Below are positions 9,452-19,373 of a stretch of 64,000 bases of DNA, in pieces. Origin of the DNA: a virus; the IMG/VR virus record IMGVR_UViG_3300027762_000001; one strand, written 5' to 3'. The translations under genes and the position numbers were made by a program. The notes under the pieces are model-generated. The model made no database searches. It was not told where the DNA came from and was given only the letters and a program-made list of their open reading frames with translations. Within the stretch, counting starts at the first letter, position 1, and every line of letters begins with the position of its first letter.

Positions 9452-11821
9452 TCATGATTGTATTGTTTGATTTTTAATACTGTTTTTAGGTTTTTTTGTC
9501 AACTTATGTCCTATATATGCAAATATAGATGCGTCTACTAAATTTGATGGAAGAGCTGATAAGGCTGATTTTTTAGGATTGGTAAATAGTGAGTATGTGC
9601 CAACATCCTTTATTACCGAACCTATTGCTCCTGCAACTTTTTCTACAGTATAATTAAAATCTGTTTTTATAGCTTCTTTACATATATTTAAAAAATTATC
9701 TATATCATATTCGGATAATTTATTTATGGATAATATTTCATCTGCAACATCTTGTCTTTTTAATTCATTTAAGACACATGCATATTTTATTGCACTAATT
9801 TGTTTGTCAGTGTATTTTTCTTTTAAAGTTTTATCTATAGATGCATTTTTAAATATATTATTATTTTCATCATCTGCTTTTTTATAATATTTAGATGATA
9901 TATCTTGTAATTTTTTAGATACATCAAGTCCTTTACCTTTAAATGTTTTTACTATTTTTGGAGCAAATGCTTGAAGCACATATGCGTTAGCAGGATTTTC
10001 TGCCATGTATCTGTTAAACCCGCTTAAGTTTTCTCTATTTTTAAGTCTTGACCTTTGAATTGCAGAGTAACCAAATACAGCGGGTAGTCCATAGGCTAAG
10101 GCTTTTCTTGTAGTATATCCTTTACCTAGTAAAGCTGTTTTTTCTATAAACTCATTTGTTAAATTATCTATTGTGTCTCCCTCTATGTGTGATGCAAACT
10201 TTTCAAGCCCATATGTAAAGTTATCAGATGCTAAATGTTGAACTCTTTGCCCTTGGTAGTTGGCATATAATAGTGACGGTATAATATATTTTAAGAAGTC
10301 ACCTATACCATCAGTATCATTTCTCATTAACATTGCTGGCAAGAAATGAGGTGCATTATTAGTTAAAGGTTTGCTTGGCAAATTGGATATTCTATCAACA
10401 AAAAATCTTGGATGCATACTTCTTTGAGGCATCTCATCTTTTACAAAATCCATCATATCATTATATGCTAAATCTTCATTTAGCATAGGCAATCTTCTTT
10501 TTATTGTCACTATTATTGCTTTAACTTTTCCTAATGGATGTTTGCTTCCTCTTACTAAATCTTGTATATTATCTGTAATCGGAAGTATTTTTTCATTTAA
10601 CGTATCAAACATTGAAGGGAAATTTATTAATTTACTTATGTCGTTTCTTGCAACATTCTCATCTGCTATTTCAACACAATTTCCTGGAATATCAATATCT
10701 TTAAATTGTTCTCTAAAGTCAGATGGACTTGACCCTATTAAAGAATTAAATATATCATTAAACTCTAATGGTGTAAGCTCTATTCCTGCAAAGTCTAATA
10801 CTTTTAAAAATTGGTCGAAAGCATCTCTTAGTGGAAGCTCTTTTTTAATGGCAACTCTTTTTATATTTTCTGCAATCTCGACACATTTTTCTTTATTCCA
10901 ATATTCATCATAAAATAATTTTAAAGAACTTCTTAGATTTTCTATATTTTTATATCTATCACTTAACACTTCACCTTCTGCTGAGTTTGTAATTTTCCCA
11001 ACTATTTCTTTTTTTATGTCAGCTATTTTTTGAAGATATTCTTTTTTATTGGATGCTATCTTCTCAGGGAAAATTTCAAGACTATTAAGTATAAGATTAT
11101 CAACTTTATCATTCGCGCATTTTTCAATGCCTATATCCTCGTTAAGAAAGTTTTCTTTTATGCTAGCAACCTTTTTAATATTAGCATCAAAGCAACTCTT
11201 ATCAAGTTTTAAATCTAGAACTTTAGCTGATTTTTCAGCTCCATTTAAAACTGCAGATATATCATGAAATTTTGGCTCAATATTTATTTCAAAAATTTTA
11301 GTACCATCATCTAATACTTGATTCTTCATATTTCTAATATGGTTACAATACTCACTTCTTACTTTGGCTTTATTTCCACAATAAGAGCATACACTATGTT
11401 TTATTCTACATCCCATAGAAACATCAGTCATAAAACCTTTTTCAAATCCTCTAACAATAGTAGGGGCTAACTTTCTATCTACCCTTATTAGAAGTTTAAC
11501 ACATTTCATTTTATCATCCCATTGAGAATCCAAAACATCCCCAATAGCCTTTGATACATCTTTATTTTCGTGGTTTTTAAAAAAGTGAGCTGTTAAAAAT
11601 GTCTTGTAATTTTTCTTTAATTCATCTTCCGGAAAATAATCTGCATTTTTATTCGATCCGTAAAACTCTCCCGCACTTACAGCTTTTACTACCATATAAA
11701 AGAAATCAGAGTCGTATTTAATTCCATCTGGCAATTTAATTGCTGCGGTTTTTATTAAATTATCATCTAATATTTCAAAATTATCTTCATTTAAACTAAA
11801 AGTAGTTGTTTTGTAAAACAA
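9452..11821 (-). CDS. Prohead (capsid maturation) protease with Zn ribbon and long C-terminal extension
   Basis: N.NADYF, NH.N, DVSMGC, CSYCGN..YCNH, FHDISAV motifs; heads the capsid operon; extension rich in K-x-A sites. Confidence 0.7.
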   Translation of the reverse strand: MFYKTTTFSLNEDNFEILDDNLIKTAAIKLPDGIKYDSDFFYMVVKAVSAGEFYGSNKNADYFPEDELKKNYKTFLTAHFFKNHENKDVSKAIGDVLDSQWDDKMKCVKLLIRVDRKLAPTIVRGFEKGFMTDVSMGCRIKHSVCSYCGNKAKVRSEYCNHIRNMKNQVLDDGTKIFEINIEPKFHDISAVLNGAEKSAKVLDLKLDKSCFDANIKKVASIKENFLNEDIGIEKCANDKVDNLILNSLEIFPEKIASNKKEYLQKIADIKKEIVGKITNSAEGEVLSDRYKNIENLRSSLKLFYDEYWNKEKCVEIAENIKRVAIKKELPLRDAFDQFLKVLDFAGIELTPLEFNDIFNSLIGSSPSDFREQFKDIDIPGNCVEIADENVARNDISKLINFPSMFDTLNEKILPITDNIQDLVRGSKHPLGKVKAIIVTIKRRLPMLNEDLAYNDMMDFVKDEMPQRSMHPRFFVDRISNLPSKPLTNNAPHFLPAMLMRNDTDGIGDFLKYIIPSLLYANYQGQRVQHLASDNFTYGLEKFASHIEGDTIDNLTNEFIEKTALLGKGYTTRKALAYGLPAVFGYSAIQRSRLKNRENLSGFNRYMAENPANAYVLQAFAPKIVKTFKGKGLDVSKKLQDISSKYYKKADDENNNIFKNASIDKTLKEKYTDKQISAIKYACVLNELKRQDVADEILSINKLSEYDIDNFLNICKEAIKTDFNYTVEKVAGAIGSVIKDVGTYSLFTNPKKSALSALPSNLVDASIFAYIGHKLTKKPKNSIKNQTIQS

Positions 11822-11853
11822 AAATCTCAGCTCCCTTCTTATCTTCTAAAGAT

Positions 11854-11882
11854 ATTATACTACATTGAAACTTGTATTTAAA
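11854..11882 (-). promoter_or_regulatory. sigmaA-like promoter of head operon
   Basis: TTTAAA-N17-TATAAT on minus strand ~30 nt above the protease start. Confidence 0.4.
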
Positions 11883-12018
11883 ACAACTTAAATTTTTAGT
11901 TTAAAAATATATATATTATTTCATTTTTTATATACAATTTACCGATAGAATTTCCAGTGTAAAAACATTACATTATTAGATTAGAATTACTGTAAATATA
12001 AACATATATAACCCCCTT

Positions 12019-12057
12019 CTCGGACAAGCTAACTTTTTTTTAGTTAGCTTGTCCGAG
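12019..12057. other. 16-bp perfect inverted repeat
   Basis: ctcggacaagctaact-T7-agttagcttgtccgag. Confidence 0.8.
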
Positions 12058-12159
12058 TTGTAAAAGTCTGGGAAAATATGCATACTTGTGTTTATAAAAG
12101 TCTGAAAACCATTGATATAACTGTATTGTAAGAAAATTTTTTTCAATATAATTACATAA

Positions 12160-12710
12160 CTAGGTGGACACTTCCATGCTCGAAGTGTCCACAAGTGTCC
12201 AAATACATTTTTTTCCACCACCCTCAAAGTGGCTCTAGGACTACTCCCATTTTTTGAAGTGTCTGCCAGTCAATTAAGTGTCCAGACGAAATCGTTGTGC
12301 GAGTTGAGTTTTAATAATTTTGGACACTTTTGACCCTAAAAAATATAAAGGGGGGTATAAAAAAATTTTTTTGTTTTTTTAAAAAAAAATTATAAAAATA
12401 AAAAAACAAAAAAATTTTTTAGGGGGGGTTTATTTCGTATAAAAAGTGTCCAAGGTTTCTCTTATTATAATAATAATAATAATATAATATATATATATAT
12501 ATATATAGAACGTAATTGTCCGTAAGGCTTTCAGTTTTTACCTGTTTTTACCTTTTCCCAAATATTTGAAAAACTAGGTGGACACTGGGTGGACACTGGA
12601 GGACACTTCAAAATTCCCCAAAAAATGGGCACTAGAGCCAAGCGGGTTTGAGGGTGCTGGAAAATATTAGGTGTGGACACTTCATGGACAGACGTGGACA
12701 CTTTTATTTT
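12160..12710. repeat. Candidate replication origin: 11 GGACAC/GTGTCC repeats around AT-rich core
   Basis: GGACAC at 12166, 12322, 12580, 12591, 12601, 12675, 12696; GTGTCC at 12185, 12195, 12278, 12446; (AT)n tract ~12470-12507; non-coding, between divergent gene blocks. Confidence 0.55.
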
Positions 12711-12792
12711 TTCAACTGGAAATTATGCTTACAAAACTATATATATAATTTGAGTTTTTCTATATATGTTATTTTAAAAAAATATGTTATGA

Positions 12793-12810
12793 TAGTATAA
12801 GATATAAAAG
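12793..12810 (+). promoter_or_regulatory. Phage-specific promoter-like motif, copy 1
   Basis: TAGTATAAGATATAAAAG. Confidence 0.65.
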
Positions 12811-12858
12811 CAAATGATTTTTGCTTTTTAAATTATTTTTTTAAAGGGGGTAATTTTT

Positions 12859-13401
12859 TTGAATATCAATATTCCTGATGATCACAACCCAAAATACAAT
12901 ATTTCTAAAGAGGACCTAGAAAAGGCAAATGAGCTAATTAGAAATATGAGTTTAGAAAAGGGTGATGATTTAGTAATTAAAGATAATATGTTAATTAAAA
13001 AAACAAAGAACTATGATGCAATATGGAAAGCTTTTTTAGATCAGGAAGAAGAGGAATTCAAGAAAAAAATGAAGTATGGGAAAGAGGATATTGAGAGGAT
13101 AGGAGTAAATGAATTTATTGATTTTTTAGATTGGAGGGATGAAAACGACATAAGTAAATGGAGAACTGATACTTTACATGTAATACCTTGTCTTAACTGT
13201 CAAGATGCCTTTGCTATATTTGAACATCTTGCTTTGTGTAAAAAATGTGAAGGCTTATACGATTTAAGTAAATATTGGGAAGATGCAAGACAAGGAGAAA
13301 TAAAAAAAGAAGGCGCATCATATGCTCAACTCCTTAACTTTACATTTAATAAAAGTGTAAGAAGTAAATATCTAAAAGGAGAAAAGGGATGCGAAAATTA
13401 G
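12859..13401 (+). CDS. Hypothetical protein with CxxC..CxxC Zn motif
   Basis: CLNC...CKKC; RBS aaggggg. Confidence 0.6.
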   Translation: MNINIPDDHNPKYNISKEDLEKANELIRNMSLEKGDDLVIKDNMLIKKTKNYDAIWKAFLDQEEEEFKKKMKYGKEDIERIGVNEFIDFLDWRDENDISKWRTDTLHVIPCLNCQDAFAIFEHLALCKKCEGLYDLSKYWEDARQGEIKKEGASYAQLLNFTFNKSVRSKYLKGEKGCEN

Positions 13402-13658
13402 AGAGAACTATTAAAGCTATAGGATTTTATATAGCTTCAACAAATTCAACAATAAGAGATGCAGCTCAAAAATTTGGCATATCAAAAAGTACAGTTCATA
13501 CTTATATGAAGAATAAACTTTTAGAAATAGATTATGGTTTATTTCTAAAAGTAAAAAGAGTTTTACAGCAAAATAAAGAGGACGCCCCAAGGAGAGGTGG
13601 CATAGCTTTAAAGGGGAGGCCATCAAATCATAAAAAAGTGAGGAATTTAGTAGTTTAG
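13389..13658 (+). CDS. spoIIID: SpoIIID-like sporulation transcription regulator
   Basis: RTIK.IG.YI..T..T.R..A..FG.SKSTVH.....L.EI...L...VK..L..N......RGG.A follows the SpoIIID pattern over its full length. Confidence 0.9.
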   Translation: MRKLERTIKAIGFYIASTNSTIRDAAQKFGISKSTVHTYMKNKLLEIDYGLFLKVKRVLQQNKEDAPRRGGIALKGRPSNHKKVRNLVV

Positions 13659-13660
13659 GA

Positions 13661-14332
13661 GTGGTAGTTATGAAGGTGATTTATGGATTAAAAATGATTG
13701 ACTTGGAGGATATTATGAGTAACTTCAATGTCGGAAGACCATCTGGTATATGTAATTATTTAAAAAATGATATAGAAGAAAATCCAGATATAATAAATGA
13801 ATTTGATAACAAACTCATAATAGATACAAGCTTAGGTGGAGAAAATACAATCCACAATATTTTAAAACCATACAAATTAATATTTATCCCTTTAGATATT
13901 GTAGAAGAAAAAATAATAAGTAGTGGAATAATAAACTACTTAAAAGGTACAATGGGTAGTTTCTTAAACTTAAGAAGGATTTCTAAAATAGAAAAAACCA
14001 TAGAGGATTATAATGATAGATATTTATCGGTTTGTGAAAAATATAAAAATACGGATAAAATCTTGAATTCTACGTGTTGTATGTTAATATTTGAAGGAGA
14101 TGATTTTTTAGATGTAAGAACCGTCACACCTTCTATATTGTTAAAAGAAGTTATATTCAAAAAAGAAGCATATGTTTGTTCTATATGTAAGAAAAATATA
14201 ATTGTTGATAATACTTCAATGGAAGATTTTATACCTGATATGAACTATGAAACAAATGAGAAAAAAGAAATATTTTATTTTTGTAAAAAATGTTGCAAGG
14301 ACAGGCCTAACGCAAAACAAGTTGGAAATTAA
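13661..14332 (+). CDS. Hypothetical protein with C-terminal Zn ribbon
   Basis: CSIC...FCKKC. Confidence 0.6.
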   Translation: MVVMKVIYGLKMIDLEDIMSNFNVGRPSGICNYLKNDIEENPDIINEFDNKLIIDTSLGGENTIHNILKPYKLIFIPLDIVEEKIISSGIINYLKGTMGSFLNLRRISKIEKTIEDYNDRYLSVCEKYKNTDKILNSTCCMLIFEGDDFLDVRTVTPSILLKEVIFKKEAYVCSICKKNIIVDNTSMEDFIPDMNYETNEKKEIFYFCKKCCKDRPNAKQVGN

Positions 14333-14391
14333 AGAATTTTAAAATAAAATAAAACTTATTTTAAAAATAAAAAAAGAGAGGGGTCAGTAAA

Positions 14392-14667
14392 ATGAATGCA
14401 AGTGATATTATTGAAAAAGTTAGCAAGGATTTAGGTTTACCAAAAACAACAGTAAAATCAGTATTAAAAGCAACAGAGGAAACAGTTTTAGAAGGTCTTA
14501 AGAGTGATAAGTATGTAAAGTTTGGAACGTTAGGTGCATTTAAAAATGCTCACAGAAATGAAAAAGAAGGTATCAATCCAGCAACAGGTGAAGCTATTGT
14601 AATTCCAGCTCATAATACTATAACATTTAAGCAAAGTGCAACAGCAAAAAGATACATCAACGAATAA
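14392..14667 (+). CDS. hup: HU/IHF family DNA-binding protein
   Basis: G.F....R....G.NP.TGE...IPA.....FK signature, 91 aa. Confidence 0.92.
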   Translation: MNASDIIEKVSKDLGLPKTTVKSVLKATEETVLEGLKSDKYVKFGTLGAFKNAHRNEKEGINPATGEAIVIPAHNTITFKQSATAKRYINE

Positions 14668-14686
14668 TTAAAAAGGAGATAATATT

Positions 14687-15574
14687 ATGGCGAAAAATAA
14701 CGAATTAATAACAATTGAAGACAAATTTGATAACTCTTTTGGATTAGATTTATTATCTGATTTAAAATCTGATGCATCTATGATAGGTCTTGAAAATTTA
14801 GATGCATCAGATGTAAAAATGCCTAAAATTAAACTTATGCAACCAACTTCATTAGAAGTTACAAAGGGTTTAGTTTCAGCAGGTCATTTTTATAACACTG
14901 TAACAAAAGAGTCATATGAGAGTCTACCATGTATTTTATTATACATGGGTAAAACAAGGGTAAAATGGAAAGATAAATTTAAAAGAGGAGATGAGCCTCT
15001 TTGTAGGTCTTTTGATGGGGAGAAATCCATAGATGGAGTTTTATGTGCAAACTGTCCTGATTCACATTGGGATAACTCTCCTGATGCAGAAAGTAAAAAA
15101 TCATTATGTAACAAATCATTAGTATGGCTGGGATTAATGGATACACCTCAGAAAACTCCTTTTAGAATTATAATGTCTGGAATGAGCGTGTCACCAACTT
15201 TAGATTTTTCCAGTATGTTACTTATAAATAGATTAGAACCATTTTATTTTAAAATAAACTTAACCTCAGAGTTTAAAGAAAATGATAAAGGATCTTTTTA
15301 TGTAGCAAAATATCCCGATATAAGAAATTGCAAAACCATAATTCATGATACATTAGATTCATTAGGATTCACACCAGCAGATGCAAAAGACGCTGTAAAT
15401 GGTCCTATATTCTTAGCAGAAAGAGATAAAAGAATTAAAGAGTTTAAAGATATAGTAGTGTCTTTGAAAGAATTATTCTTCAAAGCTGCAGAGAAAGATA
15501 CTGTAGATATATCAAATGCAATAGAATTAAATCCAGAGCAAGAAACAGAAACAAAAGAAAATGCATTGTTTTAA
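14687..15574 (+). CDS. Putative phage ssDNA-binding / recombination protein
   Basis: D...P.IKL.Q..S, C.S.DG, C..CP...W...C motifs; acidic tail ending in LF; replication-module context. Confidence 0.5.
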   Translation: MAKNNELITIEDKFDNSFGLDLLSDLKSDASMIGLENLDASDVKMPKIKLMQPTSLEVTKGLVSAGHFYNTVTKESYESLPCILLYMGKTRVKWKDKFKRGDEPLCRSFDGEKSIDGVLCANCPDSHWDNSPDAESKKSLCNKSLVWLGLMDTPQKTPFRIIMSGMSVSPTLDFSSMLLINRLEPFYFKINLTSEFKENDKGSFYVAKYPDIRNCKTIIHDTLDSLGFTPADAKDAVNGPIFLAERDKRIKEFKDIVVSLKELFFKAAEKDTVDISNAIELNPEQETETKENALF

Positions 15575-15583
15575 TTAAAACTA

Positions 15584-15632
15584 ATTACCGTAGTACTTCT
15601 ATAGAGGTACTACGGTAATATTTATTTTTTTT
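15584..15632 (+). terminator. Intrinsic terminator
   Basis: attaccgtagtac..gtactacggtaat followed by T-tract. Confidence 0.75.
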
Positions 15633-15644
15633 AGGAGGTGGCAT

Positions 15645-15806
15645 GTGTCATTTGTAACTATAAAAAATAAAGAAAATGGTAATATGTATCACTGCATATT
15701 ATTAGAGAGAAACGATAGTCACTTTTTTGTAGCTGTTAAGTTCCCGGATGAGATTAAGAATACTTGGTGTTCTTGTTCTTACGATTATTGGGAGCTAATA
15801 TTATAA
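15645..15806 (+). CDS. Small hypothetical protein (53 aa), not in ORF track
   Basis: aggaggtg RBS then GTG; MSFVTIKNKENGNMYHCILL...WELIL. Confidence 0.5.
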   Translation: MSFVTIKNKENGNMYHCILLERNDSHFFVAVKFPDEIKNTWCSCSYDYWELIL

Positions 15807-15826
15807 TGTGGAGGAGTATTTTTGTG

Positions 15827-16372
15827 ATGGATAGTATAAGACCTAAAGTTATAATCATTTCTGGAAATGCAGAACATGGTAAAGATGAACTTGCTAAAAT
15901 TTTACAAGAGAAATATGAAGAAGATGGAAAAAGAGTTTTTACAGTAGCTTATGGAGACTATTTAAAATTTATAGCAGCTAAGTACTTTGATTGGAATGGG
16001 AAAAAAGATGAGAAGGGTAGAGGCTTACTTCAACATTTAGGAACTGAAGTAGTAAGAGAAAGAAATCCTAATTTCTGGACAACTATTGTTAAAATGTTAG
16101 TAGATGTATTTCACGATAGTTTCGACATATTCCTGATAACAGATGCAAGATTTTATAATGAAATATTTGTATTTGCACTTGATGGCTATAATGTATCTAC
16201 TGTATTAGTTGAAAGGCCAGGGCATGAAAATAGCTTAACTGAGAAACAAAGAAATCATAAGAGTGAAACAGAACTAAAAGATTTTAAATTTGAATATATT
16301 ATTAAGAGTAACACTTTAGAAGAATTAGAGGAAAAAACTGATAAGTTATATGAGAGACTTGAAAAGGAATGA
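15827..16372 (+). CDS. Deoxynucleoside monophosphate kinase
   Basis: ISG...HGKD P-loop, R.LLQ.LGTE..R, ITD.RF.NE, H.SE; start refined after ggagga RBS. Confidence 0.85.
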   Translation: MDSIRPKVIIISGNAEHGKDELAKILQEKYEEDGKRVFTVAYGDYLKFIAAKYFDWNGKKDEKGRGLLQHLGTEVVRERNPNFWTTIVKMLVDVFHDSFDIFLITDARFYNEIFVFALDGYNVSTVLVERPGHENSLTEKQRNHKSETELKDFKFEYIIKSNTLEELEEKTDKLYERLEKE

Positions 16373-17045
16373 TTTTATGATAGTTATGTCTTTTGATTTA
16401 TCTAGCTCATGTATTGGAGTTGTTTGTGCAAAGATTGAAAATAAAAAAATAAAAAGCATATTATCTTGCCCTATAATACCTCCTAAATTTGACCCTTCAA
16501 GTTTAGGATTTTTATCTAGTAAGAAAAAAATTAAAACAAGTAAAGGACAATTGATAAATGCTTATTTAAAACCTAACGAAGAAACCATATCAAGGCAAGT
16601 TAAAACGCAAAGAGACTCATATGTAAGGTCTCACAAGGACTTATTTGTATTAACTAAGATAAGTCAAGATATAGATAAGTTAGTAGGGGGAATTAAACCC
16701 GATATTATATTAGTTGAAAAAAATAGTATTTTTAATGGAGTTTTAACATCAGTACTTTTAGCAAAAGTAGCTGGAGTTTTACTCGGATTAGCAGGAAGGC
16801 TATCAATACCCGTTAAAGAATACCCTGTTAAAAAAGTTAGAGAACCTCACAATATAGGTAAGTTAATAAAAGACTTTACTAAAAAATATCATGAAGAAGA
16901 ATTGAAAAAGATTCCCGATATAACAAAAAGAGCATTAAGTGAACTTATGGCATATAAATATAATATAAATTTTCAAACAGACGACGAAAGCGATGCCTGT
17001 GTAGTTTTTGACTATTGGTACAATAAAGAGTATTTACAAAATTAA
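16350..17045 (+). CDS. ruvC: RuvC-like Holliday junction resolvase
   Basis: FDLS...G, PD....E, DESDA acidic catalytic pattern. Confidence 0.7.
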   Translation: MRDLKRNDFMIVMSFDLSSSCIGVVCAKIENKKIKSILSCPIIPPKFDPSSLGFLSSKKKIKTSKGQLINAYLKPNEETISRQVKTQRDSYVRSHKDLFVLTKISQDIDKLVGGIKPDIILVEKNSIFNGVLTSVLLAKVAGVLLGLAGRLSIPVKEYPVKKVREPHNIGKLIKDFTKKYHEEELKKIPDITKRALSELMAYKYNINFQTDDESDACVVFDYWYNKEYLQN

Positions 17046-17064
17046 AAAGAGAGGGAAAGCTGCT

Positions 17065-19089
17065 ATGCATGAAACTTTAGATACTATATTTCAAAAAGAC
17101 GGCATATTAAATTCAATAAAAGATGATTATATACCTAGACCCTCACAGATAGATGCGGCTCACCAGATACACAGTTCTTTAAATAATGTGGAGCACTTCA
17201 TTTTAGAAGGCCCATGTGGATTCGGAAAAACACTTAGTTATCTGGTTCCGCTATTTGAGTATTTACATAATCATAAAAAAGAGTGTTTCAGAGCAGTTGT
17301 TGTTACCAATGGAATATCCCTACAGGAACAATTATTCCATAAAGATATTCCATTGGTACAAAAGATTTTTAAGAGTATATATTCTAAAGAATTAAATTTT
17401 TCAATGTTAAAAGGACGTCAAAATTATGTATGTGTTAAAAAGATGGACAGCGTATTAGCTAAAGGAGGTCCTAGGTGGCAAGACATAGTTGATTGGTATA
17501 AAGATACAAAGACTGGAGATTTGTCAGAACTTAATTTTGTTCCAGATAAAGAATTATTAGGTGAAATGTCAAGTTTGAAAGATAAGGAATGTTCAGGAAA
17601 AAGATGTGTTTCATATGGAGAATGTTTTTATCAAAAGCAAAAAGTTAAAGCTCAAGTTTCAGATATAATAATTACTAATTATCATTTATTATTTACTGAT
17701 TTAGAAATAGGAAATAATATTTTACTCCCCAAATACAATATCATGGTATTTGATGAGGCTCATGAAATCGCTTCTATTTACAGAGATTTCAATGAAGAGA
17801 AGATATCTTTAAGTATTTTAAAGGCTATATCTAAAGACTATACAGAAAGTTATAACCTTTACAGGGAATACTTATATGATGGGTTTGATGAATTAGAATT
17901 TGAAACTAAATTACTATTTGAAAAATTAACAGGGGAAGGCGAAAAATATTTTGAAAAATATTTTGATTTAAATTTTAAAGAAGATAAATTATCACAAATA
18001 AAGATTTTAAATGAAAACTTAAAAACTCCTGATGATAATCTTTCGGGGCTTATATATGATATATCATCAAATATAGAGGATATAATAAATAAAAATTCTG
18101 AACTTTTAAATCTTCAGGACAATGAATACATGACAAAACATAACAATAATTTATCGTCTATCTTAAGGAGACTTAAAAAGATAGATAAAGCTAAAAGTCA
18201 ATATATGTCAGATAATGAGGTATGTTGGGTTGAGAAAATGCCATCCGAAGAAAATAAATCATCAAGAATATCTGTTAATAAAAAAATAGTTAATATAGGT
18301 AAAATTTTAAGTGAAAAATTATATAAAAGAGATGACTTAATGTGTATTTTTACCTCTGCAACTTTAAGTGCTGGTGGAAGCTTTGATTTTATAAAAGAGG
18401 AATTAGGCATTGATTTATGCGTTAAATCAATCAATGAATTCATAGGTGATTCACCGTTTGATTTAACTAATCAACAGCTATGGTATCTCCATCCTGATTG
18501 TGTGGATGGCAATGATAGAGATTTTGATAAGGTAATTCCTAACATAATAAAAGATATAGTAATGGCATGTAATGGTGGAGCTTTAACTTTATTTACATCA
18601 ATTAAAAATATGAATGATGTGTTTTTAAAAATTAAAAAAGATTTAAATGGTAAAGGTATAACCGTATTAAAACAAGGCTTAAAACCAAGGATGAAACTTT
18701 TAGAAGAATTTAAAGAAAATGTAGATTCTACATTATTTGCAACAAAATCATTTTTTACAGGTATAGATGTAGTTGGGGAATCATTAAGGTGTGTGATAAT
18801 AGATAAATTGCCTTTCCCGTCTCCTACAGACCCTGTAATGATAAAGCTAGGCGAAAAACCAAATGCATTTTTTAAATACTTTATTCCAATAATGATTATA
18901 GCATTAAAGCAAGCAGTAGGAAGAGGAGTAAGGTCTATAGACGACAAATGCATTGTAGCTATTTTAGATAATAGGTTAGCAACAGCAAAATATAAAAAGA
19001 AAATTAATAATAGCTTTAATTATCCAAAGACAGGTACTAGGGATTTAAACGATATAAAGAATTTTCTATTTAAAATAATGCCGGAGTAA
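17065..19089 (+). CDS. dinG: DinG/YoaA family helicase with FeS cluster
   Basis: R..Q, EGPCGFGKT, KGRQNY.C, C..K.C...C, FDEAH, TSATL, KLPF..P.DP, LKQ.VGR.VR. Confidence 0.92.
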   Translation: MHETLDTIFQKDGILNSIKDDYIPRPSQIDAAHQIHSSLNNVEHFILEGPCGFGKTLSYLVPLFEYLHNHKKECFRAVVVTNGISLQEQLFHKDIPLVQKIFKSIYSKELNFSMLKGRQNYVCVKKMDSVLAKGGPRWQDIVDWYKDTKTGDLSELNFVPDKELLGEMSSLKDKECSGKRCVSYGECFYQKQKVKAQVSDIIITNYHLLFTDLEIGNNILLPKYNIMVFDEAHEIASIYRDFNEEKISLSILKAISKDYTESYNLYREYLYDGFDELEFETKLLFEKLTGEGEKYFEKYFDLNFKEDKLSQIKILNENLKTPDDNLSGLIYDISSNIEDIINKNSELLNLQDNEYMTKHNNNLSSILRRLKKIDKAKSQYMSDNEVCWVEKMPSEENKSSRISVNKKIVNIGKILSEKLYKRDDLMCIFTSATLSAGGSFDFIKEELGIDLCVKSINEFIGDSPFDLTNQQLWYLHPDCVDGNDRDFDKVIPNIIKDIVMACNGGALTLFTSIKNMNDVFLKIKKDLNGKGITVLKQGLKPRMKLLEEFKENVDSTLFATKSFFTGIDVVGESLRCVIIDKLPFPSPTDPVMIKLGEKPNAFFKYFIPIMIIALKQAVGRGVRSIDDKCIVAILDNRLATAKYKKKINNSFNYPKTGTRDLNDIKNFLFKIMPE

Positions 19090-19125
19090 ACCGGCATTAT
19101 TTACAAAAAAGGAGGTTAGTAAATC

Positions 19126-19212
19126 ATGGATAATATTAAGAAATACTTATTTTTAATACCACTGTTACTAATAATAAAAGCAAGTGCTCATCTTAGCAAA
19201 GATAAAAAATAG
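19126..19212 (+). CDS. 28-aa hydrophobic peptide, not in ORF track
   Basis: aggagg RBS; MDNIKKYLFLIPLLLIIKASAHLSKDKK. Confidence 0.5.
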   Translation: MDNIKKYLFLIPLLLIIKASAHLSKDKK

Positions 19213-19260
19213 TTTAACTTGTATATTAAATATTATATAATATTTAATATACAAGTTAAA
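19213..19260. repeat. Perfect 48-bp palindrome
   Basis: TTTAACTTGTATATTAAATATTATATAATATTTAATATACAAGTTAAA equals its own reverse complement. Confidence 0.9.
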
Positions 19261-19373
19261 GTTTTATTGCACTAATTTTCACCTTACCTCTACATTTAAC
19301 GCAAAAAGTCTTTTGCTGAAAGGAGGTTTCTTGAAAATTTTTTTTTAAAAAAAATAGACAAGGGGGAAAATTT

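Noticed and set aside
11976-12227. 83-aa minus-strand ORF
   Set aside because: Lies in the repeat region, no RBS, no coding-like composition.
12160-12710. CRISPR array from GGACAC repeats
   Set aside because: Repeats are only 6-10 bp, irregularly spaced and in both orientations; no cas genes.
15832-15848. Extra promoter motif copy (TAGTATAAGACCTAAAG); also degenerate CAGTATAGAAAATAAAA at 60889
   Set aside because: The first lies inside the kinase CDS and the second has several mismatches; neither was counted.
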